Source: Lama guanicoe | Taxonomy: Eukaryota | Reading direction: 5' to 3' | Assembly: GCA_013239625.1 (NCBI GenBank) | Contig: MU054391.1 | Coordinates: 3,253,130-3,317,129 of the forward strand | DNA length: 64,000 bases | Part shown: positions 1 through 11,610 of the stretch, in pieces | How positions within the stretch are numbered: position 1 is the stretch's first letter | Layout: every line of letters begins with the position of its first letter | Notes under the pieces: model-generated | The model's database searches: none | The model's input: only the letters and a program-made list of their open reading frames with translations | What the model was told of the DNA's origin: nothing | Translations under genes and position numbers: made by a program

Positions 1-59
1 CCCCCGCAGAATAACGTGGGGGACCAGCTGGGGTCTCCGATTCTTTTCCACCAAGGCTG

Positions 60-480
60 TCCCCTCCCCCACACGCTCCTCCCTGTAACAGAGACTGGCT
101 GGAACCCGACCCGTCACTTGCTCTCCCAGTGACCCAGTTCGCTGGGGGCCACGTGACTGAGCGTGAGATAACGGAAGGAAGGAGGGTGCAGGGTAAACTA
201 CCTGAGAGCTCGGAGATCGAGATGTCCCGTGTGACCAAGCCCTCCCCCCTCTCCCTCCCTCTCTCATCCTTGACTATCTGAAGGGAGGTACCCATCAAAA
301 GAGCGTGAGGAGGACCTAATGGATTCTGGGAACTACCAGATGGAAGGAGCCAGAATCCTGAACCACAAAGGCACCTGCTAAACAGCTGATCTGTGACCCC
401 AGGGGAAACGCACCCTCTTATGTCCCCTCGAGGTTTTGATAGTTTGCGTCAGCAGTCAGTGTTAGGTGCCCTGACTGATG
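60..480 (+). mobile_element. Old MaLR LTR remnant (MLT1J/K-like)
   Basis: Motifs ggccacgtgactgag, ggaaggagccagaatcctgaaccac and a 3' end tttgcgtcagcagtcag...ccctgactgat resemble old MLT1 LTRs; heavily diverged. Confidence 0.5.
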
Positions 481-659
481 AACTCCAAGGACACAACCCC
501 CCAGGTGACCCCCCCCGAGGCCCAACCCACCTCCATGAGTCCCTAAAGTCTCGCCCTTCAAAGGGAGCTGAGCAGCTGCCACAACAGCACCACAGCAGGA
601 GTGACGGCCGTGGCCCCTGCGCCTTTCTGGTGTCGGCTGCCTTCTAAGTGACGTACAGG

Positions 660-830
660 TCGTGATTCATTTACTCTTTGCAACAGATGTACAAATCTCT
701 TTCCCCACTCCGGAAAACTGGAGCCCAGAGAAGTTAAATAATCTGCCCAAGGGCATTGCAACTGATGCTCAACAGAACTGGACAGAACAGTCCTGAATCC
801 GAGCACTCGGGCTCCAGAATCCTGACCCAG
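660..830 (-). mobile_element. MIR SINE
   Basis: MIR core-like ggaaaactggagcccagagaagttaaataatctgcccaaggg. Confidence 0.65.
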
Positions 831-1798
831 AGGCCGTGTGCCGCTCACCTCTCGGCTTAGTTTTAAGACAACAAGCAAATCGCATCCAGCAGCCGACCGT
901 GCGGCCTCGGCTTTCCCATTCGACAACGAGAGGCGGGTTTACGACACATGAATTCTGGGCTGTGGGAGGCCCCGGCAGCTCCCAGGTGGGCAGGTTCCTG
1001 TGCCTCATTCTCTGGTCTGCCTCAGGAGCTAAAACTCACGTCATCTCTGGGCAACATGCCAGGGATCATCAGTGACAGGGAGTAAGAATTCCATAAATAT
1101 GCAGAGTCCCTTCTCCAAGGCCACAGACCAGGTGAGCGAGCAGAAGATGGGTTTAGCCTGGAAGGGCTTGCGGTACTGCTTGGTAAGTGCCGGGAATAAA
1201 ACTATTTTGGTGAGTTTCTGGCCCCAGGATGCCCTGCTGCTGCAAGTGTGATCTCGCACCGGGAAGGCTTAACACAAGAGTTTCTTGAGATTCTCTCTCT
1301 CCCAGACGTCTTTGCACGCATCAAAGACGTCAGGAGGGGATCAGAGCGGGAGAAGTTGACAGTCCCGGGGCTGGAGCAGGCAGGTGGGTGGACTCAAGGC
1401 GAGAGAACGTAGACTTTGGGCAGGTGGTGGGGTAGGAGGTAGAAGAGGAGGGGAAAGTTCCCAAGAGACTCGAGGTGGAAAGGAGAAAACAAATGGGGCA
1501 AAATACAGTATCATCTGCAGAGAGGAAGCAGGAGACAGATTTCTGCTTTCATCGGTCTGGTTGGAATCGCAAGTTAAACATATAGTGACATTTTAAACTG
1601 CTGTCATGTATATGAGTGTTCTAGCTACAATAAATGACTGAGATGAATAGAAATAAGAATTACCACCTTTTAGTGAGAATCTATTATGTGCAAAATTAGA
1701 CATACTTAATGTGTCATCTATTTTCTTCATAGCAAAACTTCAAGACAGGAAGTATTTCCATTCTTATGCATGAAGTTCAGAGGGAAAAAGATTTTCTC

Positions 1799-1825
1799 TG
1801 GTATACAGCATACTGATTCAGTTAT

Positions 1826-1886
<61 letters not shown>

Positions 1887-1938
1887 TATATATATTCCTT
1901 TCTATATTTTTTTTTTTTATTTGTTTTTGTTAGTTATA

Positions 1939-1997
<59 letters not shown>

Positions 1998-2667
1998 TAT
2001 ATATATTCCTTTCCATATTCTTTTTCATTATAGGTTATTGTAAGGTACTGAATATAGTTCCCTGTGCTGTACAGTAGAACTTTGCTGTTTATTTATTTTA
2101 TATGTTTAGTAGTTAGTATCTGCAAATCCCAAACTCCCAATTTATTTCTTCCCACCCTCTTCTCCCCTTGGTAACCATAGTTTGCTTTCTATGTCTGTGA
2201 GTCTGTTTCTGTTTTGTAAATAAGTTCATTTGTGTCATTTTTGTTTTGATTCCACATATAAATGATGTCATATGGTATTTTTCTTTCTCTGTCTGGCTTA
2301 CTTGACTCAGAATGACATTCTCCAGGTCCATCCATGTTGCAGCAAATGGCATTATTTTATTCTTTTTTATGGCTGAGTAGTGTTCCATTGTGTGTACATA
2401 CCACAACTTTCTTATTCATTCATGAGTTGATGGGCATTTAAGTTGCTTCCATATCTTGTAAATAGTGCTGTTGTGAACATTGGGATGAATGCGTCTTTTC
2501 AAATTACTTTCCTCCAGATATATGCCCAGGAATGGGATTGCTGGTCATTTGGTAAGTCTATTTTTAGCTTTTTAAGAATCTCCATACTGTTTTCCTACAC
2601 AACATTGTAAACTGACTATGCTTCAATAAAAATAATAAATAAATACATAAATAAATTTAAAAAAAAG
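1799..2667. mobile_element. 5'-truncated, 5'-inverted L1 (twin-primed), inserted in a MIR
   Basis: 1799-~2595 is the L1 ORF2 end and 3'UTR on - (ORF 2113..2406 MWYVHTMEHYSAIKKNKIMPFAATWMDLE). ~2596-2667 is the extreme L1 3' end plus A tail on +. TSD agattttctc at 1789-1798 and 2668-2677. Confidence 0.9.
1820..2010. repeat. Compound (CA)n(TA)n(CA)n microsatellite, present twice in tandem
   Basis: Two near-identical blocks gttata(ca)n(ta)n(ca)n-tatatattcctttc about 113 bp apart. Confidence 0.9.
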
Positions 2668-5600
2668 AGATTTTCTCCAAGTCCAGCAACTAACTAGACC
2701 TAATTCCCTAAGGATGGGACTCTGACTTACAGCCAGAGCCTAGTGTCTTGAACAACTCACCACCATCTCCATTAGATAGTGGGGTGTTCACCTCAAGGGT
2801 AGCACTCTGTGACCATGTGGTGATTATGGTTATTCTCAATAACATGGTTCAAGGCGGTGTGAGAAGGGAGAGGAAAGGGAAGTTCTTTTCACGGAAAAGG
2901 GATGGTTACTGTATTGTTTGTGAAAATGCAGGCGGGCAGGGCGCATGGAGCACATGGGCTGGAACTGAGGTCATCTGTTGCACATTAGGGGTGGGCAGTG
3001 GAGCTAGGTTCCTGGGGGGAGTGACTGCCTGTGAACGGCTGCAGGGGCTCACTGCTGCGGGTCCCTAGGGGAGGGCCTCTGGGGTCTACCGTGAATGTTT
3101 CCCCTCTTTCTGTTCTTCCTTTCTCTCTCTTATTTCTTTCTTCCATCCTTTTTTTTTTTTTCCCTCGAGGGGGCAAATTTTCACTGAGCAAATTACCCAA
3201 AAGGGAAAAGAGGTGTTTTTGATATCAGAACCAGATCAATTTCCAGACCTGCTGTTTAATAGTTGCGTGAATTTAGGTGGGTGATTCACTCCTTCACTTT
3301 CTTCCTCAGTGGAAGCACAACAGCACAACCAACCTGGTCTATTGTAGAGATTAATTTAAAGAACTTCTGCGAACGGCTGCATATAATTCCTGGCACAAAG
3401 GAGCTGTTCCGAGAGCACAGCTTTCCACCACATTTTTATCTGAGAATGACAAGTCTTGAACCACAAAACATCACAGTCAGAGACTGGTTAATCTCCCAGC
3501 ATTTTTTAGGGGCAAAGTCCCTTCACATAAAAGTGCTACCTGGTCAAAGATATTTTTACCCATCAGCAGGATGATGGAAAAACTCTAAAACGTCTCTAAG
3601 CAGACGCTTATATCAGGAAGCTGCTGGCTATGCAGCCAATCCCTTTCCTGCACAGCCTTTTAAGAAGCTTGTCTGCAAATTTCCGGGACCCCAGGAAGGA
3701 CCACAACCTCCTGGGCATACATGTCTCAGTTGTGTATAGACAGAGCGGCTGAACTGTGGGAATGGCTCGTGACCCTTTAGTCACCTTTCCCAATCGCTTC
3801 TCCTCCCAAGACAGTGTGTGGCAGCAGGATTGATGTCAAGTGTAAACTCTGGTCAGGGGTAGAGACTGTTCAGAGCACTCAGAGTGACAGAAGGTAGGTC
3901 ACAGAAGGTTCACTGAACAGAACTTCCTAGAAAATCTGTCAACTTGACCCAAGCATCACCTGGTGGAGCAGCTGGGAGATGGAGGGGCACACAGGTCTGG
4001 GTGCTCCCCCCGCCCCAGGGGGCTGGCTTGGTGACAGAATTCAAGCTCTCCTACTCAGATACTGGCATTTTGCTGCATGTTCTGAAGCTCTTGCAGTCAG
4101 TACAAGGGGGTGACAGTGAGGTCTGGCAAATACCTTAGACCTATAAGGCTGTCCCCTGGGAGATAGACTGTAAATCAACACATCATGCACCAGGCAGGGC
4201 CATGCAAAGTCACCTAGAAACAAAGGTCAAAACTTGCTTGCAACCAGACTGAAGTATTTGCATATCTAAAGAAGCTCTCTGTTACTGTGAAAGGAGTTGG
4301 GTCTAATGAGAAGCTTGGAAAAGCGGGTCAGACACCGGCTGGTCTCATACTTGGTCCGTAAGCCCTGGAGCTCTGGGCTCTGAGTCAAGAACAACTCTAC
4401 CTTGCGGAGAGACATAGTATCAGGCTCTTAACAGCCCGAGCTACAAACCGTTTGAACCATTCCTCTAACCCCCTTGCTCCTGATTATAATCCACCTTCCC
4501 TTATCAGTGGGCTTACCCAAAGAGGACCTGCTGAGAGCACTGATGCAGACAGTCTGGTTTCTAAAATAATTACATTTTAGTGACGATTGACAGGATTAAG
4601 TAAGTCATTGAGTGTTGAGTGTTTACATGTGCAAAGAATGTTGGGTTCTGCAAAGTTCAGGGTATGGCCAGGCTCGCGCAATGGGAACGTGGTGGAAAGA
4701 AGAAGGTTGGGTTGTGTCCCTCTTGGAGAAGACACAGCTGCAGTCATTTCTCAGCATCTTGAGGTTGTTTCTGCTGGTTCCTTCCCTCCGTCTACAGGCC
4801 CTGGTCTGCACGCCTTTGCTGCTGATTTCCCGTTTTCCTTAAGTTTTGATTCCTCCTCTTGACAGGTCACTGCGGACCCTAGTGGAATCTTTAATTGTCC
4901 CATTCACGTGGAAAGGGCTTGAGGTTGGCCAGGCCTGGGTTCCAGACTTCTTTCCAGGGCAGAACCCCAGGTACAACTGGTTACAAAAAATAATTTTTAA
5001 AAAAGAAGGGTGATGATTATTAAATACAAATTCCCAGAGTAAGAAAAGTGTCTCCGTCTCCTTTGAAGCATGAACACAGTGAGGCCCAGCACACCCACAA
5101 TTAGATGCCAAAGTTATTGTCAGATTCTTTGAAGAAAATAGCAGGGCATTTTTTGAGATTTGTGGGGAGGATATGATATACTTGCAAGTACTGAAAATCT
5201 TCAGGGTGGAAAATGAGGTTTTTAACAGACACTTTGCTACCTTAGAATTAGACAGGAGTGTTAATGGGTGCCCCAGCGCTTAGGGTTCTCATACATTCAT
5301 TATGAGATCTTTTCATTCCAAATCTCCCTGCATATGATTATTATTTTGTCAAAAGAACTATTGATTATTTAAAATAATGCAGTGTTATTACCCTGTTAAA
5401 AAAAAAAATCTCAATACAAAAGGAGCTTTCTGAAAAGCAGCCTAAACATCTTACTTCTGTCATTAATCCCCAGGAAGCAGGGTTTTGATTTTCAGTTCTT
5501 TGAAATTCCTTCCTACTGTTGCCTGTCATCAAAGGCCCATCCTCGCCTGCTCCCTCGGTGCTAGAGCAATAAACCAGCCACGTGCATTCTTTCTGAGCAG

Positions 5601-8600
5601 GGGCGAGCACGAGCTTGTGCGTTCTCTGGGGATTCGCTTCATGGCCAAGAAAATGGAAGGTACTCCACACACCCTGGCCTTTTCTCCTTGCCGACGCCCC
5701 ACAGGATTATCTGATTTTGCTTTTGTACAAAAAAGATGCTCACAGAGGAATTATCCAGTATTTTCTCATGGAAATGACTGAGGTGCAACCACAAGGGAGC
5801 AACTAAAAGATCTGGGTGAAAAAAAGCAGTCATTACAAATTATATACACGTTAATGACAAGTGCCAGGCCACCTTGTAATTCACCTCCATCCAATCTGAT
5901 TTATTATAATTTTATAGACTTAAAAAAAATCAAAAAACTTTGGAAACTAGCACTGGGTCCTGTAATTAGATGCTGTGTGGAGATTTCATGCCAGAAAGTG
6001 TCTCCAGATCCAGGTTCGTCTGCTATTCTTCATGGCCCCTCTTCCCTCTCTCTGCAGACTTCATGATGGTGGTACCTATGCGGTTGGTATTTCCTTTGTT
6101 AAAAATCCCTTATATGTTATTTTTCTGTGGCAGGAGACGCAAGAAAGCTGAAGAGAGAGAAAGTCTGAGTGAGTGACAGATGAAAATATGCTTGTCCCCT
6201 CACATGGTAGTCACTTCGTGAGGATCTTCAACGATCTTTCCATGAAGGATCTTGTCTGTGAGGAAAACGCACATGGACGTGGGGCCACAGAGAGATACAG
6301 GAAACACTGCCATGAGTATCTGAATACAGGCCGCTTCTCTTTTCTGACACCATCAGGACCGTCACCTCAGTTTATTTTCAAAACAGGAGACACATTTTTC
6401 AAAGCTGGAGGGGATTATAAGCAGGTTGGCCAATGACTTCCCGTGTGTTGATAGGAAAAACAGGGAAGGATCAGGAAGTGACTTGCTCGAGTCCCGTAAT
6501 CAGTGCCAGAGGTCGAGCTGCATTGCTTGGCCTGTGCCTGGCCTGCAGGAGCATCCTGCCTGCCTTTCTCAGCCCCGTACACAGCTCATTGCCTCTGAGA
6601 CCCGCCTCTCTCTCCTGCATTTCTATCTGAGCCCACCTCCCAAGAGGGGGTCACAGTGAAAGAAGGTCTGTCCCCAGCCAGCTGGTCTACCCTCCCTCTG
6701 CTGTTGTTCAGCAAGCCAACAGCTGAGGGGCCACCTCCCTGAGGGAGGCAAGGCCACAATCGCATCTCCCCTTTCTCCTGAGGCCACGGGCAGAAGGGGA
6801 GGCGGGGGTGTGGCTTATCAGTAGCAGCTGCCCCATTTATCAGGCTCCTGTTTCCCAGAACTCCCCGAGCGCTGCCTGGCGATGTTTATATCTCCTGGAC
6901 ATGCTGAAATGCTTAAGCCATGGGCTTTAGCCAGACAAATTATCTGCACGTTCAAAGTGTCTTTGTTTCCAGTAGTTACAGAACTGAATTACTACAATTC
7001 TTTAAAATGCCTCGTTAGCTACTTGGAGGATAGCCCCTAGAAATGTATTATGGATGCAAAGTTAAAGAGGTAGGGAGGGAACAGATTATGAATCCGGAGT
7101 CTTAATTGCACCAACATCACCAACATCATAGATGTGCCAGTTTTTTTTAAGTTTTCATCGTGAGACACAAGTTCTAAAGTCATCCCTTTGCTAATACTGA
7201 AAATGTGCAGGAAAAAAACACTCCTTTTAAGTTTAATTTTAAAATAATAGCAAACAAAGAAAATCTGCAGGAAGACGTAGCCTCATGAATTTTTAATATT
7301 TTGATGGACTCCCTTGTGTCAGTCGTCTCTCTTTCTCTTCAATGGTTTGCGATTGGGTTGAATGCATCATGTGCCTTCACCATGAATCTAAAGACGGATG
7401 ACGACGCTGTCTCTGCAGCAGCAGGGGGCCGTTCTCAGTAGGTCCTCAGTCTACCTGTTTGTAGTGACTTCCTCGTCTATTTTTCCTCTGTGCTCCCACA
7501 GGGGCCCTTGAGGAGGTCCCCTTCCACGACCGTGTCCAAGGGGGGCACATGCCCTTCTTAAGCTTGTACAACTTCAGGCTCCTTCATGCTAGTGGAATTT
7601 TGGAAGGTGAAAGAAAGATTTTACTGTCATGGCATGGGTAAGGCTAGGGCAATGGTTTAAACCTAAGGTAACGGGTTTTTTGGAAACATGATTCTCGCAG
7701 AAATAGGTGGACTTCTGGTCTACCCGGTTCTAGCCAGTCCCACGTGTCAGTATCTAAATTCATACTTCTTGACTAGGCAGGATTCTCAAACCTGCCTCGG
7801 CATTTCTTTCTTTTCCCCTAAACTCTCTCCTCCACATGGATGACAGCTGCCCTGAGACTGCTGGAAAAATAGTCTTGGACAGGAAGACAATTTTATTACC
7901 CTGGCCTTTGCTTATTTATCGAGCCCCTCTGCTGAGCTAAGATTTTTAAGTTTGGGGGATTTGTTTTTGCTTTTGTTACTCAAGACTATTTTGAATTTCA
8001 GCCCTTGCTTTGTAGAGTCTAGAAGTTCTTGTCCTTCCTAACCCTTCAAAGCTCCATCCTTTGACTTCTTGGTTGTTCCTCTTTCTTCTCTAAAAAGCTA
8101 ATTCTAATCTAAATTCACCTGTACCACAATATTTTGCTAAACTCAGGAAATAGAAGCTCATTCACAGTAGCATCCTGGGCCCACCAGACGCCCTCCTGGA
8201 GGAGCAGGGACTTGTGCTTTTCTATCACAGACACGTAAAGCCAAGAAGAGCCAAGGCCGAAGACTCACTGCGCCCGGGGCTCCTCAGCAAATGCCGAGCA
8301 GCCTTCTGGTTCACTCTTCAGCCCAAGGCCGGCAAGGAGGGAGGAGGATCCCTAAGTGACCTCACCTCGAGAAAGGAAATGTGTCTCACATGGGGCCATG
8401 TGATGGCCGAGTCCACGGCTCCGTGAGGATTTGCTTCAAAAGAGGGCAGGCCAAGCCCTCCAGTTCAGAAGGTGATAGCCTGCAGCTCCGAGGCCTCACT
8501 GGATCCGCTCCTGCCATTCTAACTGGAAGCACAGCAAGGGGCCTAAGATAAGAAGGAGACCTTGGGGCTTGTCTCGTGGGAACAAAGGCGACACTTAGGA

Positions 8601-10199
8601 AAGATGGGAAGGAAGAGCGAAGGGCCTGGGTTGGGAGCCCTCCAGAGGAGACTCATGCCAGGGGTTCTGACAGCTCCTGAGCCCAGGATCCGTTCAGTCC
8701 TGAAGGGAGCAGAGCAGCAAAACTGGTCCGAGAATGACCCACCTCCTCATGCAAGGATGGCCGGCCTGCTGAGTTATTTCGGAGTAGGTCAGAAAACCGA
8801 CACCTTCTCCCAACGATATTTAAGCTAGACGTTCTCGAAGATGTGGTGCAGGCCAGGGAGCAAACAGATGGACGTGTGCTCCCCAGATCAGGAGGCGGGC
8901 GTCACCCTGTGTCAGGACTTGGTGTGACAAATTCTGGCCCGTGAAAGCCGCCTGTGCAGCAGACAGGCGCGGAGCACGTGCTCATCCCCTTCTAGTGTTT
9001 CTTCCCCTCAAAGTCTTTTGCACCTTGGGTAGGAGACCGGAGAATTTCTTCAAAACGGTTGCTTCTGCCAGTCGCCCCAGGGTAAGAGCAGCTTGGGACC
9101 AAATTTTAAGTGGACTTATCAGCCTCCTGATCCCTGACTCCCTGCACATTCTGAACTGTAACCCAAAGCTCAGTTCATTGAAAGTTGGAGTTCTGATTTC
9201 TCAGGAAACTGACTTTGTTTTTTGTTTCTTTTGTGTTTCCCCAGAGCCTGGGACATGGCAGTTAAATGTTCTTGCCAGCCCACTGGTGAGCGTCAGTGTA
9301 TTTTTTTCTAGCCTGTCCTTTCACAGGGAGTAAGTCCTCCACAAGTTCTGGCATTTTGCAGGGTCTCATTTCCACGTCTCTTCATTACAGAGACCAAAGG
9401 ATTTGCGCCAACTGACTTGCAGCCACGCGCTGGGGGACTCACCCTGCAGCCCTACCCCGCCTGGGAAGGGCAGCGTCATTCCGTGCCCTTAGACCCCTGG
9501 TTTTCTGCATGTGGACATTTGTCTTTCTTACAAGCTAAGACTGCCTTTTAAAGAATGTTCCTTCCATCTGGATTTCAGGGAATTTACAGCAGAGAAGGAT
9601 GCTCGGGCCCTGCTGACTTGCCTTATTGGCCTTAGCGTCTTCTCTGAACTTAATTTCCTTCTTTGCCGGAAGGGGATGATCACATCCACGTTGCAGATTT
9701 TTAAAAATAAAAATTCAGTTACGTGTGCATATATTGATGCTAAGCATTATTGGAGAATATATATATCTGAGTATAGATGTGCATTTTGAAATCTATATAT
9801 TTCAAATACATACATCATATGTATTACCTATGATATGTATTAATTATAAATGTATATATATATATATATTTTTGTTTGTTTCAACGATACAATTGAAAAG
9901 CTAGTAACGGCACAGAATGTTCAGGAACTGGAAAGAAGGAATACGCCCACGGGGGGTGGGACTTTCAAGTTTCTCGCTGCAGGGCTGGAAACCCATTTTT
10001 CTGCCCCGTCCACTTCTTTTTCACCCCCAGGTGTTGGGCTTGGAGTCAGTTACCAAGCAGAGGAGGAACAACACGAGTCTCCCACAGCCACCACCTTCCA
10101 AGAGGCACTGCCTCCAGGACTCACAACAGGGAAAAGAAAAGTCATTCCAGAAACCTTCAGCGTCGGATTTAGAAAGCTTCACCTCGACCGGAAATGCTT

Positions 10200-10720
10200 T
10201 TAAACGTAGCCCTGCCGGCTGCACAACGCCCTTTGCTCGGAGTGGCCGTCTGCGGTTTTATTCTGCCAAGCCGGGCTCTGCCTCTGCTCCGGGACTCAGG
10301 TGCCTGGCAGTCAGCGCGCCGTGAAAGGACGTCCCTGTCGGGAGCGAGCGCCGCGCCGGCCCGGCGCAGCCGGGGGCAGATTGCGGAATCACCGTCAGAG
10401 TACCGGGCTGGGAGCCTGTGTCCCCAGCGCGGCGCTGCAGCCCCGCACGGGCCGCACAGCGGAGACTCGCGGCGGTGCGGGCCCTGCTAACGAGCTGCGC
10501 TGTCCGTCCGCAGCCTCCCGCTGCGCCGTGGGTCCGGGGGGGCCCGGGGGGCTGGTAACATTTCCCCAAAGGGCTCCGAACAATGGTGTGAGACTGGTCA
10601 CAAAGGCCCCACCTGCTTTTACTTCCCAGCCCGCCTCGTGCAGCCGGGATTTAGTAGCTGTGCCGACAGGGGGAAGGTCGCTCCGCGTGGATTCATCATG
10701 GTGCAGACGCAGAAGCCGTG
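10200..10720. promoter_or_regulatory. CpG island (no associated gene identified)
   Basis: High GC and dense CpG (gcgccgcgccggcccggcgcagccgggggc) against CpG-depleted flanks. Confidence 0.75.
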
Positions 10721-10964
10721 ACAAAATGAAAAAAAAAAAAATGATCTGAAGGCTCTGAATGTCTAACTCTAGGCAGCTAATATCTGCTTCAAGGATTGAG
10801 GGGAATTTCCAAAAGGAGAAGAAATAGGTCTTTATACTATTCTTAGAGGGTTGTCAATTTTTCTAAATATAATGAAATGACTCATTCACTGATCAGCCTT
10901 CGAAGTATGAACCCCACATGACGATGGAAGAGATAAGAGCCTCCTACTCTTTTTCTAATATAGC

Positions 10965-11610
10965 TATATTAAACAAAAATTAACGTATAGTCAGTTTACA
11001 ATGTTTTGTCAATTTCTGGTGTACAGCATCATGTTTCAGTCATACATGTTCATACACATATTTATTTTCATGTTCTTTTTCATTATAGGTGACTACAAGA
11101 TATTGAATAGAGTTCCCTGTGCTCTGTAGTATAAATTTGTTGTTTATCTATTTTATATATAGTAGTTAGTATCTGCAAATCTCAAACTCTCAATTTATCC
11201 CTTCCCACCCCCTTTCCTCCCTGGTAACCATATGTTTGTTCTCTTTGTCTGTGAGTCTGTTTCTGTTTTGTAAATAAGTTCATTTGTGTCACTTTTTTTA
11301 GATTTCACATATAAGTGATATCATATGGTATATTTCTTTCTCTATCTGGCTTACTTCGCTTAGAATGATGATTTCCAAGTCCACCCATGTTGCTGCAAAT
11401 GACATTATTTTATTCTTTTTTATGGCTGAGTAGTATTCCATTGTCTAAATACACCGCAGCTTCTTTATTCAGTTGTCTGTCGGGGGATATTTAGATTGTT
11501 ACCCTGTCCTGGCTGTTGTAACTAGTGCTGCTATGGGGTACATGAATCTTTTCAAATAAGGATCTCCTCCAGTTACACACCCAGGAGTGGGATTGCTGGC
11601 TGATCATATT
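10965..11610 (-). mobile_element. L1 3' fragment (ORF2 end and 3'UTR)
   Basis: tagtcagtttacaatg...ctggtgtacagc...tttatggctgagtagtattccattg...ccaggagtgggattgctgg; same family as the copy at 1.8-2.6 kb. Confidence 0.9.
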
